DNA of 64,000 nucleotides from Rickettsiales bacterium UBA2645 (GTDB lineage Bacteria; Pseudomonadota; Alphaproteobacteria; Rickettsiales; UBA1997): NCBI GenBank assembly GCA_002359655.1, contig DENL01000031.1, positions 15,651 to 79,650 of the forward strand, read 5' to 3'. Shown piece by piece: positions 59,406 to 64,000 of this stretch (position 1 is its first letter; each line of letters starts with the position of its first letter). The notes under the pieces were generated by a model. It saw only the letters and a program-made list of their open reading frames with translations, ran no database searches and was not told where the DNA came from. The position numbers and the translations under genes were made by a program.

Positions 59406-60522
59406 TAGAAAAACCGCCGTTATTTTGTTTAACCTTGGCGGCCCAAAAAATCTGGAATCTGTCGAACCTTTTTTGTTCAACTTATTTAATGACAAAGCAA
59501 TTATAGGACTTCCGCAGCCTTTTCGATTTCTTTTAGCAAAACTTATTTCTAGTCGTAGAGCCGAAAAATCACAAAAAATTTATGCTCAAATAAATAATAA
59601 ATCGCCTTTGCTTGATATCACAATCTCACAAGCTCACAGCTTAGAGCGCGAGCTTTCTTTTTTAGGTGACTTTAAAGTATTTGTTTGCATGCGCTACGCT
59701 GAGCCTTTTTCTGATGAAGTGGTTGACGAGGTTTTAAAATATAATCCAACTGATACAATTTTATTGCCGCTTTATCCCCAGTTTTCAACAACCACTAGCG
59801 CCTCTTCTTTAGAAGATTTTAACAAAAAATTTATCAAAGCGCAGAAAAAAAATAACCTACAAATAAATAGCCGCTCAATCTGTTGCTATCCTGTAAGTGC
59901 TGAATTTATAAAGTCTCATACGCTTTTGATTAAACAAACTTTGTTGAAATTGTATGATGGCGATTTGGCAAAATTTCGTTTTTTATTTTCAGCTCATGGC
60001 TTGCCAGAAAAAGTCATTAATGCTGGTGATCCTTATGTTTTTCAGGTTGAGCAAACCACAAAAAAAGTTGTCGAAAATTTGGCCCAGATTTTAGAAATTG
60101 ATGAAAGCAAAATTGATTTTCGTGTTTGCTATCAATCAAAAGTTGGTCCTTTAAAATGGACTGGCCCAAGCCTTGATTTTGAAATTAGAAAAATCGCTTT
60201 GGATAAAAAAATTCCAGTAATTGTACCAATTGCTTTTGTTTCTGATCATTCAGAAACATTGGTTGAGCTTGATATCGATTATAAAAATTTAGCGGCCAGC
60301 TTGGGTGTAAAAGATTATTTGAGAGTTCCTGCTTTAAACACTGAAGGACATTTTATCAAAGCTTTGACTGAGATATGTAAAATTGCATATTTGGATCTTT
60401 CTAATGAAAGAAAATCTCAAAATAATGGGCACTCAGATTCACAAATTATAAATGAAAAACCTGCTAGAATTTGTCCGAAAAAATTCGTTAAATGCCCGAA
60501 TAAAAATTTCTGCCAATCATGA
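59392..60522 (+). CDS. hemH: Ferrochelatase
   Basis: AVILFNLGGP, LPLYPQFS, FSAHGLPE and SDHSETL are present. A C-terminal Cys-containing extension follows. Confidence 0.9.
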   Translation: MLNLSRKTAVILFNLGGPKNLESVEPFLFNLFNDKAIIGLPQPFRFLLAKLISSRRAEKSQKIYAQINNKSPLLDITISQAHSLERELSFLGDFKVFVCMRYAEPFSDEVVDEVLKYNPTDTILLPLYPQFSTTTSASSLEDFNKKFIKAQKKNNLQINSRSICCYPVSAEFIKSHTLLIKQTLLKLYDGDLAKFRFLFSAHGLPEKVINAGDPYVFQVEQTTKKVVENLAQILEIDESKIDFRVCYQSKVGPLKWTGPSLDFEIRKIALDKKIPVIVPIAFVSDHSETLVELDIDYKNLAASLGVKDYLRVPALNTEGHFIKALTEICKIAYLDLSNERKSQNNGHSDSQIINEKPARICPKKFVKCPNKNFCQS

Positions 60523-61037
60523 TAAATATTGATATCGTTACTAAAAGTAAAAAATGGCAGGAAGAAAAAAGTGTCGAGAAATTTGTTGAAAAAACCTGCA
60601 AAATTTTAATTCCTCTTACTGAATTAAAAAAAATTTTAAGCAAAAGTTTTGAGCTAGAGCTCACTGTTTTATTGGTTTGCGATCTTCAAATTAAAAAGAT
60701 AAACAATCAATTCCGTCAAAAAAATAAAGCGACAAATGTTTTATCTTTTCCTGCGTTGGAAGAAAATTTAATCAGAAAGATTGGTTTAAAAAAAGCCGCT
60801 GGATCTTCTAAATATTTGCTTCTTGGCGATATTATTATTTCTTACGAAACTGTAAAAAAAGAATCTCTTGCACAAAAAAAGAGATTTCGTGATCATCTCA
60901 CACACCTGATTTTGCACAGCATTTTGCATCTTATTGGCTATGATCATGAAGATGAAAAAATGGCAAATGAGATGGAAGCTCTTGAAGTAAAAATCTTGAA
61001 AAAACTTAAAATACCAAACCCATACCAACCAATCTAA
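60519..61037 (+). CDS. ybeY: rRNA maturation endoribonuclease YbeY
   Basis: The zinc motif HLILHSILHLIGYDH is present. Confidence 0.9.
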   Translation: MINIDIVTKSKKWQEEKSVEKFVEKTCKILIPLTELKKILSKSFELELTVLLVCDLQIKKINNQFRQKNKATNVLSFPALEENLIRKIGLKKAAGSSKYLLLGDIIISYETVKKESLAQKKRFRDHLTHLILHSILHLIGYDHEDEKMANEMEALEVKILKKLKIPNPYQPI

Positions 61038-61045
61038 GTCTTTTA

Positions 61046-61924
61046 ATGACAGACCGATCGCATAGTAAAACGAAATATCTTGCCAACAAATCTAGTACTA
61101 AAAAATTATTAAACTTCTTCCTCAGTCTGCTTGGCAAAAAAACCAAAAAATCTTTTTTGTCAGTAATTTCTCACTTGGTCGAAACCTACGAAAAAGAAAA
61201 CTTGATCAGCTTTGAAGAAAAAAAAATGATCAAAAACATCGCTTCTTTAAGCGACAAGAAAGTTTCTAGTATAATGACACCAAGAGCTGATTTAATCGCT
61301 ATCAAACAAGACGCTAATTTGGAAGAAATTAAAAAAATTATCACCACCAACGGACATACTCGAATTCCTGTTTTTAAAGAAACTTTAGACGAAATTATCG
61401 GCTTTATTCACAGCAAGGATTTGTCAAAATTTTTATGCCAAGAAGACGATGGGTTTCAAATCTCAAAAATTCTGCGTAAAATTTTATTTGTCCCAGGATC
61501 AATGAAGATCTTGGATTTAATGCTCAGAATGCGTATTGCCAGAGTTCATGTTGCCATCGTTTTAGATGAATTTGGTGGAGTTGATGGCTTTGTAACAATT
61601 GAAAATGTTATGGAAGAAATTGTTGGCGACATTGAGGACGAGCATGATTTACCTTCAGATAATTCATTTTTTCGCATCAAAAAAATAAATGGCACAACCT
61701 TTCAATTCGGAGGCAGAGTAGAAGTTACAAAGATGGAGGAAATTTTACAGACCGAAGTTAAGCGCGACGAAGGAAGCTTTCAAACTATAGCTGGACTTGT
61801 TATGGCAATGTTTAGAAGAGTTCCTGAAATAGGCGAAGAAATTGAAAAAGGTGATTTAAAATTTAAAGTTATCGATTCCGATAGGAGATCTGTAAGGCTG
61901 GTGGAAGTAATAAAAAATTCTTAA
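61046..61924 (+). CDS. corC: CBS-pair / CorC_HlyC domain protein (CorC/TlyC family)
   Basis: IMTPRADL, HTRIPVF, VLDEFGGVDGFVTIENVMEEIVGDIEDE and a C-terminal transporter-associated domain are present. Confidence 0.8.
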   Translation: MTDRSHSKTKYLANKSSTKKLLNFFLSLLGKKTKKSFLSVISHLVETYEKENLISFEEKKMIKNIASLSDKKVSSIMTPRADLIAIKQDANLEEIKKIITTNGHTRIPVFKETLDEIIGFIHSKDLSKFLCQEDDGFQISKILRKILFVPGSMKILDLMLRMRIARVHVAIVLDEFGGVDGFVTIENVMEEIVGDIEDEHDLPSDNSFFRIKKINGTTFQFGGRVEVTKMEEILQTEVKRDEGSFQTIAGLVMAMFRRVPEIGEEIEKGDLKFKVIDSDRRSVRLVEVIKNS

Positions 61925-61937
61925 TAGTTTTTAATCT

Positions 61938-62297
61938 TTAACCAGAACAATCGTAAGCTGTTTTACCGCTGATAGCTGAAACGATAGTTGGCGCACCAAA
62001 CATCGCAGCAACTCCGGCGCTAACGCCAATCAATAAACCCCAAGAAACTTTACCAGTAAAGAAGCCAACACCAACAGCGATAATTGCAAATGACGCAATT
62101 GCCTTTCCAGCGTTACCAGTAACAATTTTCATCATATTACACATTGTGGTAACTAAAATATTACTATTTACTGAAGCAGAAGTTGTTGTTTGGGCATTAG
62201 CTTCAGAAACTAAAACTGAAGCAATCTTAGGTACTAAGACCAAAAAAAATAAAGATAGAAGAGTAACCTTGGTAAGAAATGTAAGATTTTTTTTCAT
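61938..62297 (-). CDS. TrbC/VirB2-family T4SS pilin-like protein
   Basis: It is 119 aa with a long signal peptide (cleavage near ANA/QT). Two hydrophobic helices are separated by a short polar loop (GKAIASFAIIAVGVGFFTGKVSWGLLIGVSAGVAAMFGAPTIV). Confidence 0.5.
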   Translation of the reverse strand: MKKNLTFLTKVTLLSLFFLVLVPKIASVLVSEANAQTTTSASVNSNILVTTMCNMMKIVTGNAGKAIASFAIIAVGVGFFTGKVSWGLLIGVSAGVAAMFGAPTIVSAISGKTAYDCSG

Positions 62298-62344
62298 TTT
62301 ATTGATTTAGATTTTTTTAGATTAAAGCTTAAAGAAATTTAAGA

Positions 62345-62465
62345 TTGCCTATTAGGGGCTTGATCCAGATAAAAGATTCCCCGTATGTCCCGTTGACATA
62401 CGGTATAGGGTTCCCCGCAAGGCAGGCCACGACTCGTGTCGCGTTTCCTTACTCCGAAGGGATAA
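62345..62465. other. GC-rich structured intergenic island (candidate ncRNA or 5' leader; identity and strand unknown)
   Basis: GC content rises locally against AT-rich flanks. A perfect 9-bp hairpin ccgtatgtc-ccgtt-gacatacgg lies at 62381-62403, with additional G/C runs. Confidence 0.25.
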
Positions 62466-62585
62466 AAGACAAAAGTTTTGAGGTCAAATTAATATAGGTC
62501 TTTATTTAAATTCAACTCTTTAAATGATCTTTATTATCATCTACTAAGATTAGATCAAAGGCCACAAAATTTAGCAAAAAATTTA

Positions 62586-63161
62586 ATGCATAATTACTCA
62601 CAAAAAATATTTCCTGTTATCGATCTTGGCGACTATATTTTAAGGGAAAAAACCGACGAAGATGTTGCGGATTTTTTTCATTATTACACAGATCCAGAGG
62701 TAAACAAATTTATTCTCTGCGAAATGCCGCGCGATTTCGAAGAAGCTCGCAAAGAGCTATTTTATTGGCGCAATGTTTTTTATCAAAATGACGGAATTTA
62801 TTTCGCCATTGCCAAAAAAGATAACAATCAACTTATTGGCTCGATTGGCCTTACAACTCTGAACTCTTATCACAAACGTATCGAACTCAGCTACGATTTA
62901 GCGAAAGAATATTGGCGAAAAGGTATCTGTAGCAAAGCTATTGCAGCTGTTACAAAATATGGCTTTGAAGAATTACGCGTAAATCGTATTGAAGCATTCA
63001 CTGCAACTCAAAACGAAGCTTCAAAAAATCTTTTATTAAAATGCGGCTTTATTTTAGAAGGACTTTTACGCCAACATAGATATCATCGCGGCACTTATGT
63101 TGATGCTTATAGTTTTAGCCTATTGCGCGAAGATTTTTATTTAAAAACTTCAGCAAGTTAG
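62586..63161 (+). CDS. GNAT-family N-acetyltransferase (RimJ/RimL-like)
   Basis: The pattern is that of acetyltransferase domain 3: IGSIGL...YWRKGICSKAIAAVTKYGFEEL..NRIEAFT...N.AS..LL.KCGF..EG. Confidence 0.7.
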   Translation: MHNYSQKIFPVIDLGDYILREKTDEDVADFFHYYTDPEVNKFILCEMPRDFEEARKELFYWRNVFYQNDGIYFAIAKKDNNQLIGSIGLTTLNSYHKRIELSYDLAKEYWRKGICSKAIAAVTKYGFEELRVNRIEAFTATQNEASKNLLLKCGFILEGLLRQHRYHRGTYVDAYSFSLLREDFYLKTSAS

Positions 63162-63170
63162 TAAAATTAT

Positions 63171-63198
63171 TTGACTTTTGGTTAAGCGCGACTTTAAT
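63171..63198 (+). promoter_or_regulatory. Candidate sigma-70 promoter for rplM-rpsI
   Basis: TTGACT is followed by a 16-nt spacer and TTTAAT, about 135 nt upstream of the rplM ATG. Confidence 0.3.
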
Positions 63199-63334
63199 GC
63201 GCGCCCTCTTTCCCAACTAAAGACATCTCTTTTTTAAAGTTTTATCTATCAAAAGAGCCCACAGAGAAACAAGCATTGCAAGGCTTAGACTCAAAAAATT
63301 TAGAAAATATTTAATAGATCAAATACAGGAATTT

Positions 63335-63802
63335 ATGCGCCAAACTTATTCTGCCAAACCAAGTGAAATCGAAAGAAAATGGTGGCTGATCGATGCTGAA
63401 GACTTAGTCGTTGGCAGAGCTTCCACAGTTATTGCCAATATTTTACGCGGCAAACACAAACCAACTTTTTCGCCAAACCTTGACTGTGGCGATCATGTTG
63501 TTGTTATCAATGCTGCTAAAATGAAATTCACTGGCAACAAACTTGCCGACAAAACTTACTACTGGCACACTGGTCACCCAGGTGGTATCAAAGAAAGGAC
63601 CGCCAGACAAATCATGGAAGGAAAATTTCCAGAAAGAATTTTAGAAAATTCAGTCTCTAAAATGATATCTCGTGGACCATTACAACGCGATATCATGGTT
63701 AAGTTACACATCTACGCAGGATCAGAGCACAAGCATCAGGGACAAAATCCACAAGTTCTAGATATTGCTTCAATGAATAGAAAAAACAAAAAAACCAACT
63801 AA
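63335..63802 (+). CDS. rplM: 50S ribosomal protein L13
   Basis: [33 protein letters not shown] and [10 protein letters not shown] are present. Confidence 0.95.
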   Translation: MRQTYSAKPSEIERKWWLIDAEDLVVGRASTVIANILRGKHKPTFSPNLDCGDHVVVINAAKMKFTGNKLADKTYYWHTGHPGGIKERTARQIMEGKFPERILENSVSKMISRGPLQRDIMVKLHIYAGSEHKHQGQNPQVLDIASMNRKNKKTN

Positions 63803-63820
63803 TAAATTAAAACGATATTT

Positions 63821-64000
63821 ATGCCTTCAATTGTAAAAGAAAAAATCATCGAAGTTACTGAAGTTCAAGAAAGCGTAACTACGAAAGTAAAAAAAATAGA
63901 TGCTCAAGGTAGATCTTATGCTACAGGCAAAAGAAAAAATGCCGCGGCTCGCGTTTGGATTAAAAAGGGAACTGGCAAAATTCTTGTAAATGATCGTGAT
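63821..64000 (+). CDS. rpsI: 30S ribosomal protein S9 (3' end beyond the window)
   Basis: [24 protein letters not shown] is present. It follows rplM. Confidence 0.9.
   Translation, partial: MPSIVKEKIIEVTEVQESVTTKVKKIDAQGRSYATGKRKNAAARVWIKKGTGKILVNDRD

Noticed and set aside
62345-62465. Identification of the GC-rich island as SRP (4.5S) RNA, tmRNA or a Mn/yybP-type riboswitch.
   Set aside because: There are only fragmentary resemblances (AAGGCAG, GGGGCU.GAU, UUGACAUACG). The island lacks the GGAA-tetraloop GGAAGCAGC core of SRP. It lacks the T-arm/CCA end and tag ORF of tmRNA. It lacks the GGGGAGUAG box of yybP. It is kept only as an unnamed candidate.

Overview
AT-rich (roughly one-third GC by eye), very gene-dense chromosomal window. 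It looks like a reduced alphaproteobacterial genome of the Rickettsiales/Holosporales kind. Supporting signs are ALA-synthase HemA, split PDH E1 alpha/beta, a type-2 L36, an rvh-like virB4-virB6 arrangement with a remote virB2-like pilin gene, and Rickettsia-palindromic-element-like repeats. No taxon can be assigned without a search. About 70 protein genes are callable, mostly housekeeping: ubiE, queA, argF, murG, panB, hemC, rpmJ, nuoD, leuA, mreBC, rnhB, hemA, gatC, pepF, cysK, murJ, nuoL, rpoD, dnaG, pdhAB, hemH, ybeY, rplM and rpsI. There is also one tRNA-Thr(GGU). Multi-subunit operons are fragmented: nuoD, nuoL, gatC, a MlaF-like ATPase and znuB all sit without their usual partners. The most unusual content is listed here. 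(1) A tightly packed operon has a GT4 glycosyltransferase followed by five tandem paralogous small lipoproteins that share a duplicated aromatic-Gly-Cys signature, with a divergent GT61-like glycosyltransferase upstream. (2) A giant VirB6/TrbL-family protein carries a large N-terminal Cys-rich domain and four tandem Cys-x-SGN repeats. (3) A compact DOT1-like (eukaryotic histone H3K79 methyltransferase-like) protein lies inside an 11-gene housekeeping run. (4) Two copies of a roughly 170-nt nested-palindrome repeat element sit in inverted orientation about 34 kb apart. (5) RpoD has a histone-H1-like Lys/Ala/Val-rich N-terminal extension. (6) Smaller oddities include a CsoR-family protein lacking all metal ligands, a CADD/heme-oxygenase-like diiron protein, an EamA transporter remnant, head-to-head overlapping start codons of ubiE and queA, and a GC-rich structured island upstream of the pilin gene. 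All functional calls come from reading motifs in the supplied translations. No database search was run.
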